From an uncultured Candidatus Saccharibacteria bacterium (GTDB lineage Bacteria; Patescibacteriota; Minisyncoccia; Phycocordibacterales; UBA9973): a stretch of DNA of 43,427 bases. Below, piece after piece: positions 34,330 to 42,250 of this stretch. The notes under the pieces are model-generated. The model saw only the letters and a list, made by a program, of their open reading frames with translations, had not been told where the DNA came from and ran no database searches. Location of the stretch: assembly GCA_964638985.1 (NCBI GenBank), contig CAZXCD010000005.1, positions 1-43,427 of the forward strand, given 5' to 3'. Position numbers and translations under genes: made by a program. Position 1 is the first letter of the stretch; each line of letters starts with the position of its first letter.

Positions 34330-34809
34330 TCAACACTTTAAGTGTGCAAAGGCGGTGAGGGCTATGGCAATAGCATCCAATTCATCATCAGAGGTTTTAG
34401 AATTATCCATTTTCACCAGCATTTTCACCATTTTGATTATTTGCGCCTTGTCCGATTTGCCGTATCCTGTGGTGGCTATTTTAATTTGTGGGGGAGAAGC
34501 TTCAAATATTTCATGTCCTGCGCGCGAAGCTTCATAAACCACCACTCCGCGCGCTTCAGCCACGCGTATTACTGTTTTGTGGTTGGTATTTAAAAATAAA
34601 GTCTCAATAGAGAGAATTTCCGGCTTATATTCTTTTATTTTTTTTCTGATTTCTTCCCCGATTAAATTTAAACGCTCCGAAAATTCTAACTTTGCGGAAG
34701 TTTTAAAACATTCCGAAAAAAGCACTTTTTCTTTTTGGTCGCCTTTATTTTTTTCCAAGACAGCCACCCCCAACCTCTCATATCCAGGGTCTATTCCTAA
34801 AATAATCAT
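34330..34809 (-). CDS. ruvC: crossover junction endodeoxyribonuclease RuvC
   Basis: MIILGIDPGYERLGVAVLE start, with the conserved acidic residues and layout of RuvC. Confidence 0.9.
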   Translation of the reverse strand: MIILGIDPGYERLGVAVLEKNKGDQKEKVLFSECFKTSAKLEFSERLNLIGEEIRKKIKEYKPEILSIETLFLNTNHKTVIRVAEARGVVVYEASRAGHEIFEASPPQIKIATTGYGKSDKAQIIKMVKMLVKMDNSKTSDDELDAIAIALTAFAHLKC

Positions 34810-34847
34810 ATTGTTATTTTAGCACTTCTATTCCGCGTTAGTATAAA

Positions 34848-34879
34848 CCCCAAACGAAAGCCTTCGGCTTCGTACGGGG
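34848..34879 (-). terminator. possible yebC terminator hairpin
   Basis: CCCC..ACGAA.GCC-TTC-GGC.TTCGT..GGGG imperfect stem-loop about 20 nt after the yebC stop, followed on the minus strand by TTTATAC. Confidence 0.35.
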
Positions 34880-34899
34880 CAGGCTTCTTGCACATTTAG

Positions 34900-35457
34900 T
34901 TACTCCGCGTTTGTATAGATTTCTTGGACATCATCCATCTCTTCGAGTTCTTCCACGAGTTTATCTAAAAGTTCCAAGTCCGCATCTGAAAGAGAAATAG
35001 TGCTAGTCGGTATCCAAACAAGTCCTTCAGGGGTTCTTGCCCCGCCCTGGCGTGGGTTTTGCTTGGTGAATGCCCAAGTGACGGAGCCGATGCCTCCTAA
35101 AGCAAAACCATTTTTTGTAAGTATGTGTTTTATATCTTGCGCTGTTCTGTTTTTACTGTCTGTAAGTGTTTCAATAATTATACCCACTCCTCCCGGTCCA
35201 TGAGTTTCATAAGTAATGGCATCCATATGCGCTCCTGGCTCACTCGCTTTTTTTACCGCTCTCTCTATAACATCTCCAGACATATTTACTTTTTTTGCTT
35301 TTTCAATCGCGGCGCGGAGCCCGGGGGACTCTTTTCCGCCGGAGAGTTTCGCTTCTACAGAAATGAAACGCACCAGTTTAGAAAAGATTTTGCTTTTCTT
35401 GGCATCAGTGATGGCCTTTTGTCTTTTGATTTGTGTCCAACGATTATGACCTGACAT
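34900..35457 (-). CDS. yebC: YebC/PmpR family DNA-binding regulator
   Basis: MSGHNRWTQIKRQKA...KSKIFSKL start and GGIGSVTWAF region. Shorter than typical at 185 aa. Confidence 0.85.
   Translation of the reverse strand: MSGHNRWTQIKRQKAITDAKKSKIFSKLVRFISVEAKLSGGKESPGLRAAIEKAKKVNMSGDVIERAVKKASEPGAHMDAITYETHGPGGVGIIIETLTDSKNRTAQDIKHILTKNGFALGGIGSVTWAFTKQNPRQGGARTPEGLVWIPTSTISLSDADLELLDKLVEELEEMDDVQEIYTNAE
35036..35052 (-). repeat. 17-nt GC hairpin CGCCAGGGCGGGGCAAG (family D), in-frame in yebC
   Basis: The exact reverse-complement match to polA 40947-40963. Encodes NPRQGGA in both genes. Confidence 0.7.
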
Positions 35458-35506
35458 ATTATATTGATGTTATCAAAACGTGACGGCCGTTCAAAAGTGA
35501 TAACTT

Positions 35507-36526
35507 TTACAAAAGCTTTTCTTGACCTTTTTTCATATCAAAACCCAGGTGCTCGTACGCTTTTTGTGTAGCGACACGTCCGCGCGGGGAGCGTTCAAGT
35601 AGTCCGAGCTGGATTAAATATGGCTCCACTACTTCTTCCACTGTGGCTTCTTCTTCCGACATCGCCGCAGCTATCGTCTTCAAGCCTACCGGCCCGCCGT
35701 TGAATTTATCTATCAAAATTTCCAAGAATTTTCTGTCAGAAGGGTTCAGCCCGATGTCATCTATTGCGAGCATATTCAGAGCTTCTTTTACTATTTTTTG
35801 ATTCAAAAGTTTTTTTTCGTCTTTTTTATACACCTGAGCAAAGTCTCTACAGCGTTTCAAAAAATAATTTGCGGTACGCGGGGTGAACCGGCTTCTCTTG
35901 GCGATTTCTTTCAATGCTTCTTCCTCTAACTCTATAGATAGTAATTTACTTGATCGTTCAATAATTTTTGAGATTTCTTCGTTGGAGTAGAATTCTAAGC
36001 GGAAGACTCCACCAGAGAAACGGGAACGAAGCGGGGAAGAGACGAGGGCTACACGAGTGGTTGCTGCAATCAAAGTAAAGGGTGGCAAATCAAGCTGGAT
36101 AGTGCGCGCCGAAGGTCCTTTGCCGATGATGATATCCAATACCCCAGACTCCATAGCAGGATAAAGTATTTCTTCAACCATCTTATTGAGTCTGTGAATT
36201 TCGTCTATAAAAAGAATGTCGCCGGGCGCTAGGTTGGTAAGGATAGAAGCCAAGTCGCCGACTTTCTCTATCGCCGGACCGGAAGTTACCTTCATCTGTC
36301 TGCTGGTTTCTTTCGCAATCAAGTGCGCGAGGGTTGTTTTCCCTAATCCTGGAGGGCCATAAAATAAAATGTGTTCAGGGATATGTCCGCGTTCTTCGGC
36401 TGCTCTTAACAAGATTTTCACATTGTCTTTTATGTGTTTTTGGCCAATATACTCTTCCCAGCTACTAGGGCGCAGGGTTTGGTCTAAAACAGATTCTTCT
36501 ATTTTTTCGTTTTGTTCGCTTGACAT
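35507..36526 (-). CDS. ruvB: Holliday junction branch migration ATPase RuvB
   Basis: Walker A GPPGLGKTTLA, Walker B ILFIDEIHRL, and C-terminal winged helix (GLLERSPRGR). Confidence 0.95.
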   Translation of the reverse strand: MSSEQNEKIEESVLDQTLRPSSWEEYIGQKHIKDNVKILLRAAEERGHIPEHILFYGPPGLGKTTLAHLIAKETSRQMKVTSGPAIEKVGDLASILTNLAPGDILFIDEIHRLNKMVEEILYPAMESGVLDIIIGKGPSARTIQLDLPPFTLIAATTRVALVSSPLRSRFSGGVFRLEFYSNEEISKIIERSSKLLSIELEEEALKEIAKRSRFTPRTANYFLKRCRDFAQVYKKDEKKLLNQKIVKEALNMLAIDDIGLNPSDRKFLEILIDKFNGGPVGLKTIAAAMSEEEATVEEVVEPYLIQLGLLERSPRGRVATQKAYEHLGFDMKKGQEKLL

Positions 36527-36667
36527 TGTATTTATATTATGCTATACTGTACTTACGGTGCATTTATCAACAGGGTATACACATACCTATCAACATTATA
36601 GCACTGGCGCTCTTTTACATATAGTATAATTCTCTCAGAGTTTTTTTTGGGGGGTTTAAATAGGAAG

Positions 36668-36817
36668 GCATTAATCTCTAAGCAATCAGCCACAGGTTAT
36701 ACGAATTTGCATAGGACGTTCTGGTACTTTTATTAGTTCACTGGTACTATCCTATAATACTTTGTTACTTTGGGGGCTTAGCCCCGAAAGGATTGTTTAG
36801 AGATTAATGCTTTTTTT
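36668..36817 (+). other. unclassified 143-nt element bounded by 20-bp inverted repeats, followed by T7 (candidate small RNA or MITE)
   Basis: GCATTAATCTCTAAGCAATC (36668-36687) pairs with GATTGTTTAGAGATTAATGC (36791-36810): 19 Watson-Crick pairs plus 1 G-U. Internal hairpins ATAGGA/TCCTAT and GGGGC-TTA-GCCCC. The T7 tract occurs only on the plus strand. Confidence 0.35.
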
Positions 36818-36853
36818 ATTTGATTTTTAATTTTTCACTCTTGCCTTTGATAT

Positions 36854-36986
36854 TTCACCCCTCAGGCATTTCTATGCCAGCTCCCCTTCGCAGGGGAGCA
36901 AAAATCCAATACTAATATGAATCTTGATTACAGAGAATTTTTCCTCCCCTGCGAAGGGGAGGTGCCCGTTAGGGCGGAGGGGTGAA
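36854..36986 (+). repeat. GC-rich element, family A long form (two halves split by a 44-nt AT-rich spacer)
   Basis: TTCACCCCT...AGGGGTGAA termini. Hairpins GGCAT-N4-ATGCC, CTCCCC-TTCGCA-GGGGAG, CCTCCCC-TGCGAA-GGGGAGG. The right half encodes the C-terminal 18 aa of the DUF559 ORF. Confidence 0.75.
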
Positions 36987-37326
36987 TACAATCTTTTATT
37001 TTTTGCAGTACATTTTTTATATTTTTATCTATTTCACTATTCCAAAGTCTCAATACCTTTATTCCCAAGGTTTCTATATAGCTGTCTCTTTCTTTGTCGT
37101 ATTCTTTTTCATCTTTATGTTGAGCGCCGTCCAATTCAATTATTAAATTGTGTTCTTTGCAATAAAAATCAACAACGTACGGGCCTATCCCATGTTGTCT
37201 CCTAAATTTTACGCCCAATTTTTTATTTCTTAAAAAATGCCAAAGTTTAAGTTCTTGTGGAGTTGAAAATTTTCTCAATTCTTTTCTGCGAGGTAGAAAT
37301 TTAGATTTGTTAAATACTTCATACAT
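36928..37326 (-). CDS. DUF559 (Vsr-like / PD-(D/E)xK fold) endonuclease-domain protein
   Basis: STPQELKLWHFLRN...FRRQHGIGPYVVDFYC....LIIELDG.QH.....YD..RD.YIE..G..VLR is the classic DUF559 pattern. The longer ORF-track start at 37371 runs into a repeat terminus, so ATG 37326 is preferred. Confidence 0.8.
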   Translation of the reverse strand: MYEVFNKSKFLPRRKELRKFSTPQELKLWHFLRNKKLGVKFRRQHGIGPYVVDFYCKEHNLIIELDGAQHKDEKEYDKERDSYIETLGIKVLRLWNSEIDKNIKNVLQKIKDCIHPSALTGTSPSQGRKNSL

Positions 37327-37339
37327 ATATTTTAGTATA

Positions 37340-37478
37340 TCACCCCTCTGTTTTTTGATTACAAAAAACACCTCCCCTTCGCAGGGGAGGAAAAACCGCT
37401 AATCATATGTTTAGGGAGTATTTGCCTTTCCTGCGAAGGAAAGGTGGCTCTGTGTAATCACAGAGACGGAAAGGTGAA
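37340..37478 (+). repeat. GC-rich element, family A long form (degenerate)
   Basis: TCACCCCTC...AAGGTGAA termini. Hairpins TGTTTTTT-N6-AAAAAACA, CCTCCCC-TTCGCA-GGGGAGG, CCTTTCC-TGCGAA-GGAAAGG, CTCTGTG-TAAT-CACAGAG. Confidence 0.65.
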
Positions 37479-37503
37479 AGAATTTAGTATTTTTTATTCC
37501 TCA

Positions 37504-37531
37504 TTCACCCTTCGCAGGGGGAATTAGGTGG
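37504..37531 (+). repeat. solo hairpin TTCACCC-TTCGCA-GGGGGAA (family A fragment) downstream of pilB
   Basis: Read directly. About 20 nt beyond the pilB stop, so it could double as a terminator. Confidence 0.55.
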
Positions 37532-37551
37532 AAAAGAATAAGTTAGTAAAC

Positions 37552-39249
37552 TTATTCTTCGCTCAAGTCCACCACGCTTTGCACTTCTACGAAGGAAGTA
37601 ACTCCATTTAATATTTTTATCAATCCGTCCTGCCTCATAGAGAGGACGCCTTGAGTTCTTGCCACTTTTTTGATTTCACGTTCACTAGGATTTTCTGGAA
37701 TTATTTTTTCTATTTCTTCGTCTGTTTTTATCGCTTCAAATAACCCGATGCGTCCTTTAAAGCCGGTTTTGTTGCATTTGTCACAGCCGACGGCTTCAAA
37801 AGTTTTAAAAGGTCCATCAGGGTTCAAATTATAATTTGAAATTTGTTTTCCTTCCGCTGTCATTCCGTCAATGATTAATTTCATTGTTTTTATTTCTTCT
37901 GGAGTCAGCTCTCTTTCTTTTTTACAAGAAGCGCAAAGTTTGCGTACCAAGCGTTGAGCCAGGGAGATAGACAGAGCGGATACCAGAATTTTGGGGTTGA
38001 CTCCGAGGTCAATCAAGCGGGGGATGACTCCGGCCGCGTTGTTGGTATGCAGAGTGGAGAAGACCATGTGTCCGGTCAAAGCCGATTGCACGGCGATAGA
38101 GGCTGTATCTCCGTCGCGGATTTCCCCGACCATTATTACGTCCGGGTCTTGGCGGAGCGCGGAACGCAGTCCTTCAGGGAAAGTATAACCTCTCTCCATG
38201 TTTACTTGAGTCTGGGTTATGCCCGTCAAGTGATACTCCACCGGGTCTTCAATGGTGATTATTTTTATTTCTGGTGAATATATTCTTCGCAAGAAAGAAT
38301 AGAGAGTGGTGGTTTTTCCGGAGCCGGTAGGTCCGGTGACCAGGATTAAGCCGTTCGGTTTCGCTATTTCTTCTTTTATTATTTCAAAGAGTCGGTTTTC
38401 AATTCCCAGCTCCTCCATCTCCACTTGCAAGGATTTCGGGTCCAAGATACGCATCACAATTGATTCGCCGTAGGAGCCGGGGATAAGGGAACAGCGAATA
38501 CTGATTTCTTCCTCTCCTTCTATAATATTAAAGCGTCCGTCTTGCGCTACCGTGGAAGTCAATTTCATTCCCGACAAGAGCTTGATGCGGGAATTAAGCA
38601 ATTTATATACATCTGTTCCAAAAAAATTCACATCTTGCAATACACCGTCCAAACGCAGTCGCAACCTACCCCTGTCCTTTTCCGGTTCTATGTGGATGTC
38701 GGAAGCTTTGATGGCGATAGCGCCGGCTAAAATAATTTCAAGCAGACGAGAAATTTTATGGATTTTGTTTCCCTCCAAGGCTTCTTTTACCAACTTCTCT
38801 ATGTCTTCCATTTTTTCTATTTGTTTAGCCGTATCTCGGAGAACTTCTCCAGAGATGTCCAAGCCCCCGATTCTTGAACTTTCCGCCATGGAAATTTCCT
38901 TGTACCTGTCCCAAACTTTATTCAAGCTGGCGGCGGAGGCCATATAGAAAACAGGGACAAGACTTTTCCTTTCCATATCCTCTTTTAGTCTGGCAAAAAG
39001 GCTGTCCGTGGGAGCGCGCACCGCTATGAAAATATTTTTTCCAAAAAGCTTAAAAGGTGCCACATTCATTTCTCTAGCGTCCTGTTCGGAAATTGCTCGC
39101 AGGGCTTCGTTGTCTACGCCCAGACGATATAAATTGATATAAGGAATGCCATACTTGGATTCCGCCAAAGTAGCCACCAGTTGCTCTTCCTCCTGTTTGT
39201 GTAATTCATCCAGTTGCTTATTTTGTTTTTCTTCATCAAAGGAAGCCAT
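37552..39249 (-). CDS. pilB: GspE/PilB-family type IV pilus (T2SS-like) assembly ATPase
   Basis: Walker A GPTGSGKTTT, the Asp and His boxes, and the tetracysteine motif CASC...CDKC. Confidence 0.9.
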   Translation of the reverse strand: MASFDEEKQNKQLDELHKQEEEQLVATLAESKYGIPYINLYRLGVDNEALRAISEQDAREMNVAPFKLFGKNIFIAVRAPTDSLFARLKEDMERKSLVPVFYMASAASLNKVWDRYKEISMAESSRIGGLDISGEVLRDTAKQIEKMEDIEKLVKEALEGNKIHKISRLLEIILAGAIAIKASDIHIEPEKDRGRLRLRLDGVLQDVNFFGTDVYKLLNSRIKLLSGMKLTSTVAQDGRFNIIEGEEEISIRCSLIPGSYGESIVMRILDPKSLQVEMEELGIENRLFEIIKEEIAKPNGLILVTGPTGSGKTTTLYSFLRRIYSPEIKIITIEDPVEYHLTGITQTQVNMERGYTFPEGLRSALRQDPDVIMVGEIRDGDTASIAVQSALTGHMVFSTLHTNNAAGVIPRLIDLGVNPKILVSALSISLAQRLVRKLCASCKKERELTPEEIKTMKLIIDGMTAEGKQISNYNLNPDGPFKTFEAVGCDKCNKTGFKGRIGLFEAIKTDEEIEKIIPENPSEREIKKVARTQGVLSMRQDGLIKILNGVTSFVEVQSVVDLSEE

Positions 39250-39270
39250 TTATGGTAAAGTATAACCTAT

Positions 39271-39726
39271 ATGCTTAAAAATGCCACAAAAATTTCAAAA
39301 AATGTCAAAGAAACCAAAGAAATAGCGAAGATGTTTCTGGATAAAATACTCGGAGAAAAAAAGAAGCAGAAGGGGGCGCTGGTGGTTGGTCTCTCGGGGG
39401 ATTTAGGCGCAGGGAAGACGACCTTCGTCCAGGCTATAGCCCAGCATCTCGGTGTAAAAAATAAAGTAAACAGTCCGACCTTTGTGATAATAAAAAAGTA
39501 CTCTCTTAAAAATAAAAAACACAAGTTTTTATTTCATCTAGATGCGTACCGTCTCAAAAATGAAAACGAACTGTTGCATCTCGGATGGGAAGACATAATC
39601 AACAATGAAGAGCACCTCGTATTCATTGAATGGCCGGAAAATGTATCGGGGGCTATGCCTTCACACGCCAAAACCGTTCATATTTTGACCGACAAAAACA
39701 GGCACAAACATTTTAAACTGCTATAA
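39271..39726 (+). CDS. tsaE: tRNA t6A37 biosynthesis ATPase TsaE
   Basis: GDLGAGKTTFVQ Walker A, SPTFVII, HLDAYRL. Confidence 0.85.
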   Translation: MLKNATKISKNVKETKEIAKMFLDKILGEKKKQKGALVVGLSGDLGAGKTTFVQAIAQHLGVKNKVNSPTFVIIKKYSLKNKKHKFLFHLDAYRLKNENELLHLGWEDIINNEEHLVFIEWPENVSGAMPSHAKTVHILTDKNRHKHFKLL

Positions 39727-39734
39727 TTAATCCA

Positions 39735-42227
39735 ATGTCTAAAGATAATAAAAGAGTAGTCTTATTGGATGCTCACGCCATAATACATCGCGCTTATCAT
39801 GCGTTGCCGGAGTTTTTGTCTTCAAAGGGTGAGCCGACGGGGGCGCTCTATGGTCTTTCTAGTATGTTGATGAAGATAGTTACTGATCTAAAACCGGACT
39901 ATATCGTCGCTTGTTATGATTTACCGCAAAAGACCTTCAGACACGAAGCTTATGACGCGTATAAAGCCGGACGAGCAAAGGTTGACGAGGCTCTAATTGT
40001 CCAGTTGCAGAATTCTCGGCAAATTTTTGAAGCTTTTAACATTCCCATTTACGATGCGCCGGGCTTTGAAGCGGATGATGTTTTGGGGACGATAGTAAGA
40101 CAATTTTACCCCCACCCAGCCTCCCCCTATGTAGGGGGAGGGGCTGAAAGCGGAGGGGGGATAGATATTATCATCGCTTCCGGAGATATGGATACGATGC
40201 AGTTGGTGGATGACAAAAAGGTCCAAGTTTATACCTTAAAAAAAGGAATTAACGATACTATTCTATACGACGAAGATGCTGTAGTGAAGCGTTTTCATTT
40301 CAAGCCGAAGCTTTTGCCGGACTATAAAGGTTTGCGCGGAGATCCTTCAGACAACATTATCGGCATCAAGGGTATAGGTGAAAAAACAGCAGAAACCTTG
40401 ATTATAAATTTTGGCACCATAGAAGAAATATACAAACAATTACGAATGGACAATTACGAATTACGATTTAAAGAGGCGGGTATTAGCCCTAGAATGATTG
40501 AGTTGCTAAAAAATAACGAAGAAGAAGCTTTGTTTTCAAAGACGTTGGCAACTATCCGCACGGATGCGCCGATAAATTTTTCTTTGCCGTCAAAAACTTT
40601 TTGGGAAAATGCGGATTTGAAGAAAATTGAAGAAGTTTTCGCGACGTTTGAATTTAGGAGCTTGCTCGGACGACTAAAAAACTTCTTTGAGAACAATGGG
40701 AAGGCAAATCTAGCAGAATTTTCTCAGGTCCTCGGTTCTCCGGGGCCCCAAACCCCGGCCAGACCATTCAAAAATTCTCTAGATTTACCGTCCCCAGAGA
40801 AAATCCAAGAAGCCAGTATTGCTCTATGGGTTATCAATTCCGAGATGTCCAATCCGAAACTGGAAGACATTTTGCTTTTTGCTCACACTGAATCTTTTGA
40901 GACGGCGTATAATTTTATTTTTACAAAACTGAAAGAGAAAAATCCCCGCCAGGGCGGGGCAAGCTTAGAAAAAGTATATGAGGAGATAGAAAAGCCGATA
41001 ATCCCCGTCGTAAAAGAAATGGAAAATCACGGTATTTTGGTAGATAAAAAATATTTTGAAAAATTATCGGAAGAGTATCATAAAGAGTTGGATATTTTAA
41101 CAAAAAAGATATACAGCCAGGCCGGCACCGAATTCAATATCAATTCCCCGAAGCAATTGGGTGAAATACTTTTTGGAAAATTAGGGATGAAGTCACCAGG
41201 AAAAAATAAAGCAAAAAAGAATGCCAGTGGCGCGTTTTCTACCAAGATTTCCGTTCTAGAAGAACTGGAAGGAGAGAATGAAATAATAAAAGAAATAATG
41301 GCTTATCGGGAACTGCAGAAACTGCTATCAACGTACATTGATGTTATCCCTAAAATGGCGGGAGAAGATGGTCGTCTTCACGCCAAATTTATCCAAAACG
41401 GTTCCACTACTGGAAGGTTCTCTTCCCAAGACCCGAATTTACAGAACTTGCCGATAAAAACGGAATTGGGTAAGAAAATTCGCAACGGCTTTGTCGCGCA
41501 AAAGGGACACAAGCTCACCGCTTTTGATTACAGCCAGATTGAACTGCGGGCGGCGGCGATGCTTTCAGGAGACAAAAAAATGACCCAAGTTTTCCGAGAG
41601 AGGAAAGATATTCACGCTGGGGTGGCCTCGTTTGTTTTTGGAGTGCCGATAGAGAAAGTGGATAGTGAAATGCGTCGCCAGGCGAAAGTGATAAACTTCG
41701 GAATTATTTATGGTATGGGGGTTTCCGCTTTGCGGAAAAATCTCGGAGGCACTCGTGAGGAAGCGCAGAAATTTTATGATAATTATTTTACTCAATTTTC
41801 CGGTGTGCGAGATTATCTGGAGGGGGTGAAAGTTTTCGCTGGGGAACATTCTTATACGGAAACCTTGTTTGGTCGTAGGCGATATTTCCCGAATATAAAT
41901 TCCAGAATTCCTTTTTTAAAAAATATGGCTGAACGTACCGCTACAAATGCCCCCATCCAAGGAACCGCCGCTGACATTATCAAGCTTGCCATCAGATACG
42001 CGGAAGAGGATTTGGAAAAGGCGGGGTTGTTGGGCAAGGTTCATCTGGTACTTCAAATTCACGACGAGTTGGTTTATGAGGTAGAAGAAAAAGTTTTGCC
42101 AGAAGCCGATAAAATAATAAAAGAAGCCATGGAAGGAGTGCTTTTGCGGTCATATTTGCGTTATAAAACGGATGTTCCACTCCTCGTACATTCTGGGTCA
42201 GGAGACAATTTAGGGGAAGTAAAATAA
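39735..42227 (+). CDS. polA: DNA polymerase I (5'-nuclease + family A polymerase domains)
   Basis: N-terminal 5'-3' exonuclease motifs (LLDAHAIIHRAYHA, GFEADDVLGT, SGDMDTMQL, GIKGIGEKTA). Pol A motifs (DYSQIELR, RRQAKVINFGIIYG, QIHDELV). Confidence 0.95.
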   Translation: MSKDNKRVVLLDAHAIIHRAYHALPEFLSSKGEPTGALYGLSSMLMKIVTDLKPDYIVACYDLPQKTFRHEAYDAYKAGRAKVDEALIVQLQNSRQIFEAFNIPIYDAPGFEADDVLGTIVRQFYPHPASPYVGGGAESGGGIDIIIASGDMDTMQLVDDKKVQVYTLKKGINDTILYDEDAVVKRFHFKPKLLPDYKGLRGDPSDNIIGIKGIGEKTAETLIINFGTIEEIYKQLRMDNYELRFKEAGISPRMIELLKNNEEEALFSKTLATIRTDAPINFSLPSKTFWENADLKKIEEVFATFEFRSLLGRLKNFFENNGKANLAEFSQVLGSPGPQTPARPFKNSLDLPSPEKIQEASIALWVINSEMSNPKLEDILLFAHTESFETAYNFIFTKLKEKNPRQGGASLEKVYEEIEKPIIPVVKEMENHGILVDKKYFEKLSEEYHKELDILTKKIYSQAGTEFNINSPKQLGEILFGKLGMKSPGKNKAKKNASGAFSTKISVLEELEGENEIIKEIMAYRELQKLLSTYIDVIPKMAGEDGRLHAKFIQNGSTTGRFSSQDPNLQNLPIKTELGKKIRNGFVAQKGHKLTAFDYSQIELRAAAMLSGDKKMTQVFRERKDIHAGVASFVFGVPIEKVDSEMRRQAKVINFGIIYGMGVSALRKNLGGTREEAQKFYDNYFTQFSGVRDYLEGVKVFAGEHSYTETLFGRRRYFPNINSRIPFLKNMAERTATNAPIQGTAADIIKLAIRYAEEDLEKAGLLGKVHLVLQIHDELVYEVEEKVLPEADKIIKEAMEGVLLRSYLRYKTDVPLLVHSGSGDNLGEVK
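40109..40160 (+). repeat. GC-rich hairpin element in-frame in the polA 5'-nuclease domain
   Basis: CCCCC...GGGGG outer arms and CAGCCTCCCCC-TATGTA-GGGGGAGG(GG)CTG hairpin. Encodes PHPASPYVGGGAESGGG. Confidence 0.75.
40947..40963 (+). repeat. 17-nt GC hairpin CGCCAGGGCGGGGCAAG (family D), in-frame in polA
   Basis: Exact match (opposite strand) to yebC 35036-35052. CCCCGC-CAGG-GCGGGG hairpin. Encodes NPRQGGA. Confidence 0.7.
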
Positions 42228-42250
42228 CGAATTTGTGGTATAATGTAAAA

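Noticed and set aside
7817-40963. The repeated GC-rich hairpins as a CRISPR array
   Set aside because: There is no regular repeat-spacer periodicity. The copies are dispersed over 33 kb, differ in sequence and mostly lie inside genes. No cas genes are present in the window.
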